DNA from: an uncultured delta proteobacterium
GTDB lineage: Bacteria; Desulfobacterota; Binatia; UBA9968
DNA length: 64,000 nt
Reading direction: 5' to 3'
Assembly (NCBI GenBank): GCA_963804165.1
Contig: CAWDPO010000017.1
Coordinates: forward strand, 384,001 to 448,000
Under the pieces are notes generated by a model. It had not been told where the DNA came from. It was given only the letters and a program-made list of their open reading frames with translations, and ran no database searches. This document shows, piece after piece, positions 30,211 through 41,786 of the stretch (position 1 is the stretch's first letter; the number at the start of each line of letters is the position of its first letter). A program made the position numbers and the translations under genes.

Positions 30211-31176
30211 CTATGCTTGTTGCACCGCCGTCAATTTCCACGAATTCGGACCGACCGGACGGCCGAAGGTCCAGTATTCCCCGAATTCGATTGGCTCGGA
30301 GTTGCTGCCGGTGACGACGGCGCCGGTCTTGGCATCGACCGTGTAATCGAGGAGATTCGCGTGCAGACGAACGGTGATGAAATCTTCACCGTTCTCTGTC
30401 CACACTTCGGTGATCTCACTTTCGCGCAGGGCGATATTCTCCATGCGATTTTGCTGGTTGCGCGCGCGCAACTGGCTCAACTCTTCTTCCCAGGTTTGCA
30501 TCAACTCGCGGCCGCAAAGCGAGTTTAGAGCCGCGGTATCCTGCTTGTTCCAGGCGCCTTGAACCTTGAAGAAAATATCCTGGGCAGTTTTCAGGAAACG
30601 ATCGGGATCGAAGGTCCGGTCCATCAGCGTCAGAGAGCGATAGTCGATCTGGTCATTTATTGCCGGCGCTTCCTGAGCGGGTCCGCTTGCGGGAGTGTAT
30701 TGCGTGTAGGGTTGGCTATTCTGATACTGCATCGAGCCGAAGCCGGACGATGCCACTGCCGAGCCGCGAAACTTGCGATAAAGGAAATAGGCCAGGCCGC
30801 CGAGCAACAGAATCTCGATCATGCCAAAGCCGCTACCGCCGAAGCCGCCAATGCCGCCAAAACCATGAGCTAAGCCGGAAAAGAGCATGGAGCCGAGAAA
30901 TCCGCCCAAGACTGCGGTACCCAAGCCACGCATAAAACCGCCGCTTTGAGGCATCATGCCTGGTTGTTGCCCGGGAGTCGCCTCGCGTCTTTGCTGCGTC
31001 TGGCTTGGCTGTGACGGTCTACTGGGTGAGCTGTAGCTGCGCGAGCCGCGAAAACCGCCCGAGCGGCCGCCGCCGGCGCGTGCGTCGACGTAACTCTCTA
31101 AAACCACTTGCGATAAGCCAATGACGGCGAAAAGGCTAATCGCCATCAGGACTGTTGAGCGTTTTGATATCCACAT
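30211..31176 (-). CDS. Tim44-domain membrane protein
   Basis: Signal peptide, ARAGGGRSGGFRGSRS, Gly-rich TM segment, FDPDRFLKTA..FFKVQGAW, EYWTFGR..WKLTAVQQ. Confidence 0.9.
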   Translation of the reverse strand: MWISKRSTVLMAISLFAVIGLSQVVLESYVDARAGGGRSGGFRGSRSYSSPSRPSQPSQTQQRREATPGQQPGMMPQSGGFMRGLGTAVLGGFLGSMLFSGLAHGFGGIGGFGGSGFGMIEILLLGGLAYFLYRKFRGSAVASSGFGSMQYQNSQPYTQYTPASGPAQEAPAINDQIDYRSLTLMDRTFDPDRFLKTAQDIFFKVQGAWNKQDTAALNSLCGRELMQTWEEELSQLRARNQQNRMENIALRESEITEVWTENGEDFITVRLHANLLDYTVDAKTGAVVTGSNSEPIEFGEYWTFGRPVGPNSWKLTAVQQA

Positions 31177-31379
31177 AAGTTTGCCTCCTACGATTAAGAC
31201 GCAGTCTATGCTGGAAAGAGCTAATGTCAAGCTCGCTGTCAGTTATGTGAATATGCGGTTTCCGACGATTTGACGGGGCGATCTCCTTTCTCGTATGTAT
31301 TGAATTCTCGATGCATTTTCTTACCCATCCTTTGTGTCTAGTGGGCTGCGTTGCCGGCCCGAGAAATAGGAGGAGAGCT

Positions 31380-32395
31380 ATGATATGCAGGTTCCGGCAC
31401 GTATTTTGGGTCGCGGGTTCGCTGCTGATCGCTTTGCCTGCTGGACCGGTGGTCGCGCAAACCAAAATCACCATCGGCGTCGCGGCCATGAGCCCGCGCA
31501 CGATACCGTTGTTGATCGCACAAGAGCAGGGGCTTTTTGCTAAACAAGGCATTGAAGCGCGCATCGTCTTGATCAAAGGCGCGCCCATTCTCGTCGCCAG
31601 TCTCATCTCCGGCGACCTCGAAGTCGGTTACACCGGCGGCACGTCGGTGCTCGGCGCGGCGGCGCAAGGGCCGTACTTAAAAATCCTCTCCTCGATCTCC
31701 AGTAAGCTCACGCATACGATGCTCGCCAATCCGAGTCTCAAGACCGCCGAGCAATTGCGCGGCAAGCGCTTCGGCATCCAAAGCATGGGCGGCACCACCT
31801 GGATGCACACCATCCTGGGTCTCGAATATGTCGGTCTCGACGTCAAACGCGACCACATCAACATACTGATGATCGGTGACTCGGTGCTGATCGGCCAGGC
31901 GCTGGAGGCCGGCCGGGTGGATGCTGCAGTCCTCGATGGCGTGCTGGCGCGGCGGCTGATCAATAAAGGTTTCTCGGTGATCGTCGACCTTACTCCCGCG
32001 AATATTCCCATGGTCAATCAAGCCGTCGTCGTGGCCCCCGACTTTGTGCAAAAACGCCCGGAGCTCGCCGAACGGATTCTAATGGTACTGGTGGATAGCC
32101 TCGCGTATACGCTTGCGCCGATGAACAAGAGCGTCGTGGTCAAAACTATCATGCGGCGCCTCCAGATCGACGACCCAAAGGTCAGCGAGGAAGGTTATCA
32201 GGATCTCATGACGAGCATCGAGCGCAAGCCGTTTCCTTCGCTCGAAGGGCTGCGCAATATTCGCCGGCTTATGGCGACGCAAAATCCCAAAGCCGCGAAC
32301 GTCAAGGTCGAGGATCTGATCGACGCGCGGATCATCCGCAAGCTCGATGAGAACGGGTATATCATAAGGTCGCCGCGGGTTATGGGCTGAAGTAA
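31380..32395 (+). CDS. NMT1/SsuA-like substrate-binding protein, probable frameshift near the C-terminus
   Basis: PLLIAQEQGLFAKQG, EQLRGKRFG, ALEAGRVDAA. Confidence 0.85.
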
Positions 32396-32466
32396 AGATC
32401 GAAGGATTGGGAGACCGGATTCATAAATCTTACGGGACTTCCGTGCGGCGTGCGCGAATGCATAAT

Positions 32467-32517
32467 GCATCTAACGCAAGTCTGTCGCGACGGCTTCCGC
32501 TCATCGAATGATTCGGC
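32467..32517 (-). other. Degenerate attC-like site
   Basis: On the minus strand, right after the HIT stop: GCCGAAT..GAGCGGA..AGCCG..GTTAGATGC, the same skeleton as the site at 40283. Confidence 0.5.
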
Positions 32518-32518
32518 T

Positions 32519-32945
32519 TTATACTTCCAGCGCCTCGCATATTTTTGCAGCGGCTTCCTCAATTGCCTCACGCGCTGGCCGGTGATTGTAGCTTTCCGAG
32601 AATCGAAGACCAAACCCATCGCCAGTGAAGCGGGGAATCACACGGAGATGAGCGTGAAAAACCTCTTGCATCGCCGCCTCACCGTCTGCGAAAAATAAGT
32701 TTACGCCCTCGCAACGCAGACCGCTCTTCCGAAGGGCTGCGCTAACCGTCTGCGCGACAGCGAACATCCTGCTTCCGATATCGGCTCGCAGATCCGCCAG
32801 ACCCACGAAGTGTTGTACAGGGACAATGAGCGCATGCCCGGGATTGACCGGTCGGAATGTCCATAAACGCTGCGACTCGGTCGTCAGCGTAAATGAACGT
32901 TGCTTCCAACTTTCCGGTCAGTGTGTCGCAGAATATGCACTGCAT
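32519..32945 (-). CDS. HIT family protein, frameshifted; third His of the triad reads Arg
   Basis: CIFC..AFMDI..PVNPGHALIVP...QEVFHAHLRVIPR. Confidence 0.8.
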
Positions 32946-33048
32946 GGCATTCTACTCCGGCGATCGCGCGCCTGCAGGGTCGCCGCGTGCTTCGCTGGGT
33001 TCGTTCCGAGGTGTGGCTAGGCGCTTCGAGTGACTACAGTACGGAGAT

Positions 33049-33780
33049 TCAATCGACGACAAACGCATGGTCGGCGTACTTGATCCTGCCGGGCATGAGC
33101 ACCTCGGCGTACACTCCGAAGTGCGATTCGGCGCGAGCAATACTCCTCAATATTCTTGGATCGGCCGGCAGATCGGTTTGTGAGAGCTCCACCATAACGC
33201 AACGCTCCGTGAGATCTCTTACCCGCAGCCTGACCTCATCGCCAATGCAAAGCGTCTTGCCGAGCCAGCCTTGTTCGACCTGCGTCTCCCCCGGCACATC
33301 GATCAACAGATTGGGCCGAAACCGACGGTCATCGACACGCGCCTCTGGCAGCACCGTCCGCAGCCAGGCGAGGGACGCGGTCGTAAGGAGGTGAAGAGGC
33401 CCGGCGTCGAGATGTGAGATACCACCCTCAGGAGTAAGTGTGACCGGCTGACCTAAAGTATCGGAGAGCGCGGCGTGTATGTCAGGATCATCTCCCAGCA
33501 TGCTGCGGCCGTTTGGGAAGGTGATTCTCGGGAGATCGCCATCGTAAGCGGCACGGAAAGCGAAGAGTCCGTCGATCTGCCGAAACCGATGAGTAGTCTT
33601 GCCGCTTCCAAACTTTCCATCGACATCACGAACTGCGAAGACGCGATCGCCATCGACGCCGCGCTCATTTACAATGATGTGGTCGCACTCTTCACCGAGC
33701 ATCGACTTCACAGGGTAGCGCCAGAGCCTGACGACTCTTCCCGTCACATCACCGTATCCTGCTGGGTTTCTCGGTTTCAT
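33049..33780 (-). CDS. MOSC-domain protein
   Basis: LWRYPVKSM.GE, GDRVFA, RRFRPNLLI, RCVMV, FGVYAEV.PG.I. Confidence 0.9.
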   Translation of the reverse strand: MKPRNPAGYGDVTGRVVRLWRYPVKSMLGEECDHIIVNERGVDGDRVFAVRDVDGKFGSGKTTHRFRQIDGLFAFRAAYDGDLPRITFPNGRSMLGDDPDIHAALSDTLGQPVTLTPEGGISHLDAGPLHLLTTASLAWLRTVLPEARVDDRRFRPNLLIDVPGETQVEQGWLGKTLCIGDEVRLRVRDLTERCVMVELSQTDLPADPRILRSIARAESHFGVYAEVLMPGRIKYADHAFVVD

Positions 33781-33897
33781 GACACCTTAACCGCTGGCGA
33801 GTCCTCTTTGGGAAACAGCCGCTGTCCAATGCCATGGGCTTCGTCTAAGTTCATAGTTACATCCAAGAAGCGGTTCGCGAAGTGGAACGCTTTGAGA

Positions 33898-35851
33898 TCA
33901 CTGCGTAGCGCTGCTGGGTTTGCGCGTCGGCGATATTGCGGGAACCGCTTTGCCGCGCTCCCAAACAATTAGACTCACGCCCAACACTAGGCCGGCGGCG
34001 TCGGCGATCAGCCATGCGCCGTGCCAGGTGGGGAGCATGAGCAGCAGGCCGGCTAAACAGAATAGGCTGCGCTTAAACCAATCCAGCGGACGAAAGAGAA
34101 AGCCGGCGCAGCCGACGGCGAGCAAGAAAGTTCCAATGGACGTGGCAATGACGGCGAGAACTATCTCGCCGAGCGTGCCTTTCAAAATCAGCGCTGGATG
34201 GAGCGCAAAGACAAACGGAACCACATAGGCGGCGATGCCGAGGCGCATGCCGGTCCAACCGGTTTTCCAGAAATCCGAGCCAGCGATGGCCGCCGCCGTG
34301 TACGTCGCCAGGCAGTCGGGCGGGGTGATGAGGGACAGCATGCCGAAGTAAAAAAGAAACAGATGCGCGGCTAGCGGATCGATACCGAGCTGGGCTAGCG
34401 CGGGCCCGACGAGAACGGCGAGGGTGATGTAGACGACCGCGGTGGGTAGGGACATGCCGAGAAGAATGCAAACGACGGCGGTTAACGCCAACAGGGCCAG
34501 CACGTTGCCGCCCGAGAGACTTACCAATATAAGCGACAATTTGAAGGTCAGACCGGATAATTGGAGCGCACCGATGACAAGCCCGGCCAACGACGTGATG
34601 ACGACGATATCGAGCAAAGTACGCCCGGTTTCTTCGATACTGGTAATGATTTTTCCGAGGGTCGGGCGGGTGTCTTTCTGCAAGGCGCCGACTAAAAATG
34701 TAAGAATTACGGTTGCGATGCCCGCCTTGCCTGCTTCCCAGTTAAGAAACATCAGGACGTAGATTAAAAAACCAAGCGGAAATATGAAGACCCAGCCGAT
34801 GCGCATGATGCCGCGAAATTTTGGAATCTGGTCCGCCGGCAGACCGCCGAGGCCATGCTTGGCCGCCTCGAGATCGACTTGGGTAAACAGAGCCAGATAA
34901 TAGAGCGGGCCGGAACAGATGGCCGCGAGCGCGACTTGGCCGTAGGGAATATTCAAAAATTCCGCAATGAGAAAAGCCGCTGCGCCCATCACCGGCGGCG
35001 TGATTTGCCCGCCGTTCGATGCGACGGCTTCTATCGCCGCCGCCACGTGCGCGGGATAGCCGGTTCGTTTCATCAGCGGGATCGTGATCGCCCCGTCCAC
35101 CGCCACATTGGCGACAGCACTACCGGAAACTGTGCCGAACAGCGCCGAAGAGACTACCGAGACTTTGGCCGGACCGCCGCGGTATTTCCCCATGGCAATG
35201 AGTGCGATGTCGGTGATGAACTTGTCGCCGCCAACCGCATAGAGGGCCTGGCCGAAAAAAATAAAGGCAATGACGACGCTGGCTGCGACCGTGAGAGGCA
35301 CGCCCAAAAGCGCATTGGAATCAAGATAGAGATAACTTGCAATGCGTAACCACGAGGCGCCTTTCGCGGCCAAGAAGACCGGGAAAAAAATCTGCGAATT
35401 TCGCATAGAAAATACACGCAAGCCCGACCCAAACGAGGGGCCATCCCGCAACGCGCCGCGTCGCTTCCAAGATTAGAAGAATTGCCAAAATGCCCAAAAT
35501 CCAGCGCTCCGGCGATAAAACGCCGAGGCGGTAGGCGATGGATGGATACATCACCATAATGAATCCGCCGGTGACCAGACAGCCGAAAAAGCAAAACCAG
35601 TCGTTCCAAGGAACACTGTCGCCGCGCTCGTCACTCCGGCGTTTGACGCGCAGAAACACGCCGGCCATGCCGAACGCAAAAAAGAAACCGAGAAACTGTT
35701 CCTTGAAAAAAGTAAGATTTAAATAAACGTGAAGCTCGCCGGCCCACGCCGCCGACACCAAGGTGAGAGCGATGACGATTATTTTCTCGAGGATCCGGAC
35801 ACCGCCGGTCAACGGACGAAACTTAGTGGCGGGATTAAAATCGTCGCTCAT
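33898..35851 (-). CDS. TRAP transporter fused 4TM/12TM permease, frameshifted near 35350-35400
   Basis: GGPAKVSVVSS, SGSAVANV, EAVASNGGQITPPVMGAAAF, ITPP. The N-terminus is in ORF 35321-35851. Confidence 0.88.
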
Positions 35852-35958
35852 TTCTTAAGATCGAACCGTTTCAATCGTTCAGTCGTTCAAAACGTTCAAA
35901 CCGTATTCGGAACGAAGTCCCTTTCGTCCCGTGGAGTCTTTGGCGCGAGCCGCGGTTG

Positions 35959-36999
35959 TCAGCGGTTGAGCGCGAGAAGCCGGTTCTGTGTTTCGTCCAT
36001 CTTTGCCGACCAAGCACCATTGTCCTTGAAATATCGGATGGCCGCGGGATGATAGGGAGCGTCACTCGGCGTCGACGGCTCGCGCTTTCGTCCATTCCGC
36101 AAAGCCCGGATGGAATTGGCGGAAGCTTGTCGACATTCACCCATATCGCTTGCAGGACGTTGCGTACCACCGCGTCGGGCAGCGCTTTGTGGCCAACCAG
36201 ATAGATATCGTAGGTGTACACGCAAGTGTCCTCGACGATGCCGGTGGAGGAGCCGGCTTTGACGACGGACAGATAGTAACCCGGCACCGCTTTTTTTATG
36301 CGCGCTTCGCCCTGCTTCGAGCAGTCGAGAGGAATATAACGGATACCTATTGCGGCATCGGCTTCTTTCATTTTCGCCATGCCGATCGCGCGCGTGGTGA
36401 CGTCGGCGCGACCCTGAACCAGCGCGTCGACGCCTTCGTTGACGGCTGGAACGGGCACGACTTTAACATCATTCCACGTGAGTCCGCCGTTGGAGAGGGC
36501 GCCGAAGACGTTGTACCAGACGGCAAGTTGGGCAGGATATTCGCCGGTCACGCGTTTCCCTTTGACATCGTCGATGGTCTTGATCGGCGAATCTTTGCGC
36601 ACAATCAGGCTGCTGCGCAGCGGCGAGCCGCGCATGATCAAACGCGAGCTGGCGACATGAGGAAAGGGGTTTTTTCCTCCGGCTTTGAGCCTCTGGCCCT
36701 GGTACACCATGCCCATATCGACCGCATTCACCACGCCGAAGTCGAGCTCGCCGCTATCTAACAAGCGGCACGAAGGTGCTGGTGCCGGCGTAGTGGTTGA
36801 ACTTGCGCCTGTATCGGCGACGCTTCGCTGACCACTTTGGCCAAGCCGCTGGCCAGAGCATAGAAAAGCGAGCCGGGCGGGTTGGTGCCGATCGTGATGG
36901 ATTTGGGAAGCTGCTGTGCCTGTGCCGGGCCGCAGCTGGAGGAGTAGTGACACCAGTAGCGAAGCCAAAAGAAGCGCCGATGTTCCATCTCGTTTTCAT
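35959..36999 (-). CDS. TAXI-family TRAP solute receptor, several frameshifts
   Basis: ITIGTNPPGSLFY, DVKGKRVTGEYP, PYHPAAIRYFK. Confidence 0.83.
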
Positions 37000-37064
37000 C
37001 GAATCTCCTCTTTCACCCAAGAAATCTATTTTTCATTTTTTGCCGCAGTCATTGAAGCGCCGGC

Positions 37065-38096
37065 TCACGGATTGAGCGCCAGAAGTTTCTTCTGTGCTTC
37101 GTCCATCTTTGCCGACCAGATTCCTTTTTCCTTGTAGAACTGCACGGCTGCCGGATGATACGCCACCGTCACGTCGGCTGAGGCCGCGCGTTCGCGCGTC
37201 CATTCTTTGAATTGCGGATTTAACGGCGGAAGCTTTTCAATATTGTCCCAGATCGCCTTCAGCGTCGCTTGCACGACTTCGCCCCGCAGCGCTTTGTGGC
37301 CGACAAAGTAGATGTCGTAGGTAAGCACACAAGTGTCGGCGACAACGCCCGGCGACGTTCCCGGCTTGATCGTGGTGAGATAGTAACCCGGCACCGCTTT
37401 CTTGACGCGCTCTTCGCCCTGGGGCGAACAGTCCAACGAAATATAACGGACACCCGTCGAAGCGTCGGCTTCACGTACCTTGGCGGCGCCGATCGCATGA
37501 TTGGTGACGTCGGCGCGCCCTTGAACGATCGCATCGACGCCATCGTTGACGGCGGGAACCGGCACGACTTTAACATCGTCCCAGGTATATCCGGCGCTCG
37601 CGAGGCCGGCGTAGAGATGAAACCAGATGGCGACGTTGGCCGGATATTCTCCGGTCATGCGTTTGCCCTTGACGTCGTGGACGGTCTTGATCGGAGAATC
37701 TTTTTTGACGACCATGCTCACCGACAATGGCGAGCCGCGCATGATCAATCTCGTGTTTGGCACATGCGGCAGCGGATTTTTGCCGCCCACTTTCAATCGA
37801 GCCGGTCCCTGGAACGACAGGCCCATTTCGATGGCATTGACGATGCCAAAATCGATCTCGCCATTGTCGAGTAGCGGCAAAAAAGTGCTGCTGCCGGTAT
37901 AGGGCTGAATGCCCGCTTGAAAGGGCGCGCCGCCGCTGATGACACTCGCCAGACCGCCGGCGACGGGATAAAAAACCGTCCCCGCCGGATTGGTGCCGAT
38001 CGTTACGACTTGGGGCTGCTGGGCCTGAGGCAGAACCAAATCAGAAACAATAGCGCGATCAGAATCAAAGCCAGTGCTCCATTGCGCGCGCATATG
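37065..38096 (-). CDS. TAXI-family TRAP solute receptor, tandem paralog
   Basis: VTIGTNPAGTVFY, DVKGKRMTGEYP, YHPAAVQFYKEKG. The N-terminus probably has indels. Confidence 0.85.
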   Translation of the reverse strand, partial: HMRAQWSTGFDSDRAIVSDLVLPQAQQPQVVTIGTNPAGTVFYPVAGGLASVISGGAPFQAGIQPYTGSSTFLPLLDNGEIDFGIVNAIEMGLSFQGPARLKVGGKNPLPHVPNTRLIMRGSPLSVSMVVKKDSPIKTVHDVKGKRMTGEYPANVAIWFHLYAGLASAGYTWDDVKVVPVPAVNDGVDAIVQGRADVTNHAIGAAKVREADASTGVRYISLDCSPQGEERVKKAVPGYYLTTIKPGTSPGVVADTCVLTYDIYFVGHKALRGEVVQATLKAIWDNIEKLPPLNPQFKEWTRERAASADVTVAYHPAAVQFYKEKGIWSAKMDEAQKKLLALNP

Positions 38097-38312
38097 GCTA
38101 CCTCCTTTATAGGGCGGTCAATCTAATCCCAGCCATAGTTTGTGTCAACGGATAGATGGCACTAAAGAAACTCGGAAGAATTCACCGCAGAGACGCCGAG
38201 ACCGGAGGGGAAAGCATGCCTTGCCCCTAAATCTATTTCCCTCGCGTCCTCAGCGTCCGCTCAGCAAACCTGATCCTCCTTCGGCGGCTCCGCGGTGATT
38301 CTTTCTCGTTCT

Positions 38313-39394
38313 TCAAGGAAGCGTCGCTCCGAGATGCTTCGCAAGAAAATCACCGATGGCCGGACGGTAGCGGAACGGCATGTTGTTGCAAACGTGATTG
38401 CCGCCTTCGAGCAAGAGCCACTCTTTAGGGCCCGAGGCTTCGTCATAAATCCGTTTCGCCTGCTCCACCGGCACGAAATCTTTGTCGCCGTGGACGACCA
38501 AGAGCGGGCAGCGAATTTTCGACGCCAACCCTTCGAGCGTGCAGCGGCTGTGCAGTTCGACTAATTTCTGTTTGTCGTAGACCTTCCAGATATGCGCGAT
38601 GCGCGCGAACTCGAAAGGATCTTCGAGACGATTGAGCACGCGGGTGCGATCGTACATGCCGCCGGCGAAGGCGCAGGCTTTGATGCGCGTGTCGCAAGCG
38701 GCGGAGCGCGGCGCGAGATAGCCGCCCATGCTCGGTCCGAAGACGCCGATGCGGCTGGCGTCGACTTCGGGCAATTTTTCGAGGTAATCGATCACGGCCG
38801 AAGTCGCGCGCTCGAACTCGACGATGAGTCCGCCTTGAAACCAGCTCTCACCCTGGCCCGGCCCATCGAAAGTGAAAGTCGCCATGCCGCGGCGCAGAAA
38901 CCGTCCTCCATCGTGCGCGCTTCTTCCTTGGTCGACTCCAAACCCGAGATGATCATGACCACGGGCGGTTTGGTGATTCCCGCCGGCACGCGTAGGTAGG
39001 ATGCCATGCGAAAATTTTCAAACGGCACTTCGTGGCGCACTGCCGGCGGATTCAAATACGGCGCCGCCTTGGCGTAACACTCGACGCGCTTCTTCGCCGC
39101 GGGAACATACTCGTCAAGATTTTGCGGCGAGTTGTTGCAACCGAAGTGATAGGCCATGGACGCCATTAAGTATGCCTCGGTGGCGCTTTCCCGATTGCCC
39201 GCCGATTCGGCTTTACGCGCAAACTCTTCATGTCCGGCAGCGGTCACGCACCATTCCCGGCACCAGTCGTCCCAAGTCCCAATGCGCTCACCAGTCGTCA
39301 TCAGATCGTTGTAATCGATCCCCTGAACGATCATGCGCGGTGCCCAGGTTTTCAGAACGTGATCGACGGTCGGATCGGGATGATTGGTGAGCAT
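38313..39394 (-). CDS. Alpha/beta hydrolase, 2,6-dihydroxypseudooxynicotine hydrolase/FrsA-like, frameshifted near 38895
   Basis: GLESTKEE, FDGPGQGE, GPSMGGYLAPR, HGDKD, GGNHVCNN. Confidence 0.82.
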
Positions 39395-39499
39395 TGGACT
39401 GCCTCCTTGTTTGATAGGTGTAAGTTGCGCTCTGCTTTTCCGTGATCGAGTCTTACGCCGCAAAGGTAATCGATTGCAACCTGCCCCCGTTCGCAGGTG

Positions 39500-40260
39500 C
39501 AGCCGGCTACTTCATTTCTTCTCTCAGCAAGTTTTTGCTTTAATAGTTCGAGAGAATCCGGTCCGTCCAAGACTCTCACCGAGGCAGAAGCGGTCAATGT
39601 CCTTCCCTGAGCAACTGCAGGATCGGGCTGGAACACGGCTTTTAGATCATACACTCCTGGTGGATTACTGATATAAAACTCATCAAAATAAGTTCGCGTT
39701 CCCCGTAATCTAGCGCTCTCGTTCATTGCGCCGGCTCCAGAGAACCCAGATGCTGAGGCCAGCTCCCTAAGCTGACTGGTAAATTGGTCGAGCCTGTTCT
39801 GCCTGACACTCTCCGGCTCAAGGATATCGATCGAAACCGATAAATAATGAATTCCCTTGCCATACCCTTGCCCGGACGAAAATATACGAATCGGCAGCAG
39901 TTCCCATTCGTTTGTACCGACCCGCCTCACCTCCAGTGAAACAGTAGGTCCAGGCCTCTCTTTGAAAAAATCGGGATGTTGATTAGTTGCACGAATCGAT
40001 AACGGACTATAGTCGATGCCTGGGGAAACTCGGTAAGGAACGTTGGTTACAAACTGAATCTGAAACTCCAGGCGCTCCGCTCTTTTGAGAGTGACGGGAC
40101 TGTGCGGCAATTTCGCTCTTTGGTTATTTCCCTCGCTGAACTTGAGAGACAGATACGGTGCGGAAGAGGCAGATTGTGGGAATCCAGCTTTGACACTAGC
40201 GCTGCAGAAAGCAATCACTAGCGTTCCGTAAATCAACCTTTTCAAAAACTTAAAACTCAT
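39500..40260 (-). CDS. Hypothetical secreted protein, probable cassette cargo; 3' end uncertain
   Basis: Signal peptide and lower GC. The computed ORF runs to 39352 and overlaps the next gene, so the true stop is probably near 39510. Confidence 0.55.
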
Positions 40261-40282
40261 TTGTTTCTCGGGTCCTTACACC

Positions 40283-40347
40283 GCATCTAAACGTTTCGGC
40301 TGAGCGGCTCAGTCTCCTAAGTTTCCGCTCAAAGCTGGTGGTTCGGC
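40283..40347 (-). other. attC-like integron cassette recombination site
   Basis: Minus strand GCCGAAC..TGAGCGG..CCGCTCA..GTTTAGATGC. It lies about 10 nt after one stop codon and about 22 nt before the next ATG. Confidence 0.7.
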
Positions 40348-40356
40348 GTCGCGTAC

Positions 40357-41111
40357 CTATTCGACGCCGGTTGCAGCAAATGCCGCCTTGGCGGCCGAAG
40401 TCATCAGAAAACTGATGAACGCTTTGGCCGCCTGTGGAGACTTGGCACTGGTCATCGGAGCTGCGGCGTAGACAATGTGACTTTGGATTTCCGCGGGGAG
40501 CGGCCCCACTAGCTTTAGACCTTTGGTTGCGATGATCTGCGTTATTGTGCCCACGCCGATGTCGTTGCCCGTCCCTTGAAGAATGCGCTCAAACACAACT
40601 GGAGGATCGACGCGAATAATCTTCGTTTTCACTGTGTCGGCAATGTTGAGACGATCGAGAACTTGGCGAAGTAATTGCCTGACGCGACGTTGTTGAAGAC
40701 GATCGAATCAGCGTTCAGCAGTGTCTGCTTGAGCGCCTCAGTTGTGGTGATAGCGGTACCGGGGGCGTCGGCACGTGCGGTCAGGCCAAAGCCAACGCGC
40801 CCGATCACGGGGTGTTCGCCACGGACCACTTTTCCAACTTTAAAGAGTTCCTCGATGAAATTTGGCTGAATGATCAGGACGTCAGCGACTTCACCGTCTG
40901 CTACCTTCTTGTGCACGACCGGTGAAGTCCCAAAGGTAAACTCAACGTGGTGCCCGGTATCGCGACGGAACGCTTCGCCAATCTGGATCAATGCCGGCCG
41001 AAGGGGGCCGTCGCTCAGAACCTTGATCTTTTCTTGTGCATGAACCGACGGCTGTGCCGTCACGAGCCCAAGGGCGCAAACCACCGCTAGGACGTAAGCG
41101 CTCTTGTTCAT
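40357..41111 (-). CDS. ModA-like substrate-binding protein, frameshifted near 40650
   Basis: FRRDTGHHVEFTFG, DGEVADVLI, ASGNYF, LVGPLPAEIQ..VYAAA. Confidence 0.8.
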
Positions 41112-41127
41112 CGCTGTGCCTTTCTGT

Positions 41128-41179
41128 GACGTCGAACCAGCCCCGATCGGCTTTGTCCGCTGAAGCGGGATGGTTAGGC
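41128..41179 (-). other. Short attC-like site
   Basis: Minus strand GCCTAAC...CAGCGG..CCG..GTTCGACGTC. Its 3' core is 9/10 complementary to GACGCCGAAC at the far end of the ModA-like gene. Confidence 0.6.
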
Positions 41180-41287
41180 GGCGCCGATGGCCCTACAAGT
41201 GTACAGCTCTATCCCAGCACTCCATCAGGATCTTCATGAAATCTCCTTCACGGACAGCCGCGCGGATTGCCTTGCCGGTGATTGGAC

Positions 41288-41683
41288 TTATCCCCTTTTT
41301 CTCCCTGAGTCCTCATCATCTTCCGGCATGTCATTCTCCTGCGTGTCCTCAGCCGCTTCGCGATCTGCATAAAACTTAATCCATGCAGCAAGATGTTCGA
41401 GCAACTCGGGCGGAATTTTGTCTTTGTCCAAGACGCCGGTGACGATCGCGTGCGCGACCGGCGCTTCGAGGTGATTCGTGTTGTATTTCACAAAGAGCTC
41501 ACGCGGCGGACCTTGATGAAACTTATGAATGAGATTGCTAAGCTCCGAGCTGGTGTTGTCGCCGCGCTTCCAACGATCGAACGCCTCAGCCAGCGGTACA
41601 AGCGCCCGTCGCAGTTCCTCTTCATGAGCCTCTCCCGCCCACGTCCTAAGAAGCCTCTTCAGCCGCTTTGGGATCTCTGTCAT
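41288..41683 (-). CDS. Hypothetical protein (131 aa)
   Basis: Clean ORF with helical character and an acidic tail, within the cassette-like array. Confidence 0.6.
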   Translation of the reverse strand: MTEIPKRLKRLLRTWAGEAHEEELRRALVPLAEAFDRWKRGDNTSSELSNLIHKFHQGPPRELFVKYNTNHLEAPVAHAIVTGVLDKDKIPPELLEHLAAWIKFYADREAAEDTQENDMPEDDEDSGRKRG

Positions 41684-41786
41684 AAATTCTAGTTCGTGTG
41701 GCCAGCAAGCTTAGCCGCTGTAGGAGTCTGGAGTATTGGGGTTAAATTCATCACTCCATTACTCCATCATTCCAGTACTCCAATCT

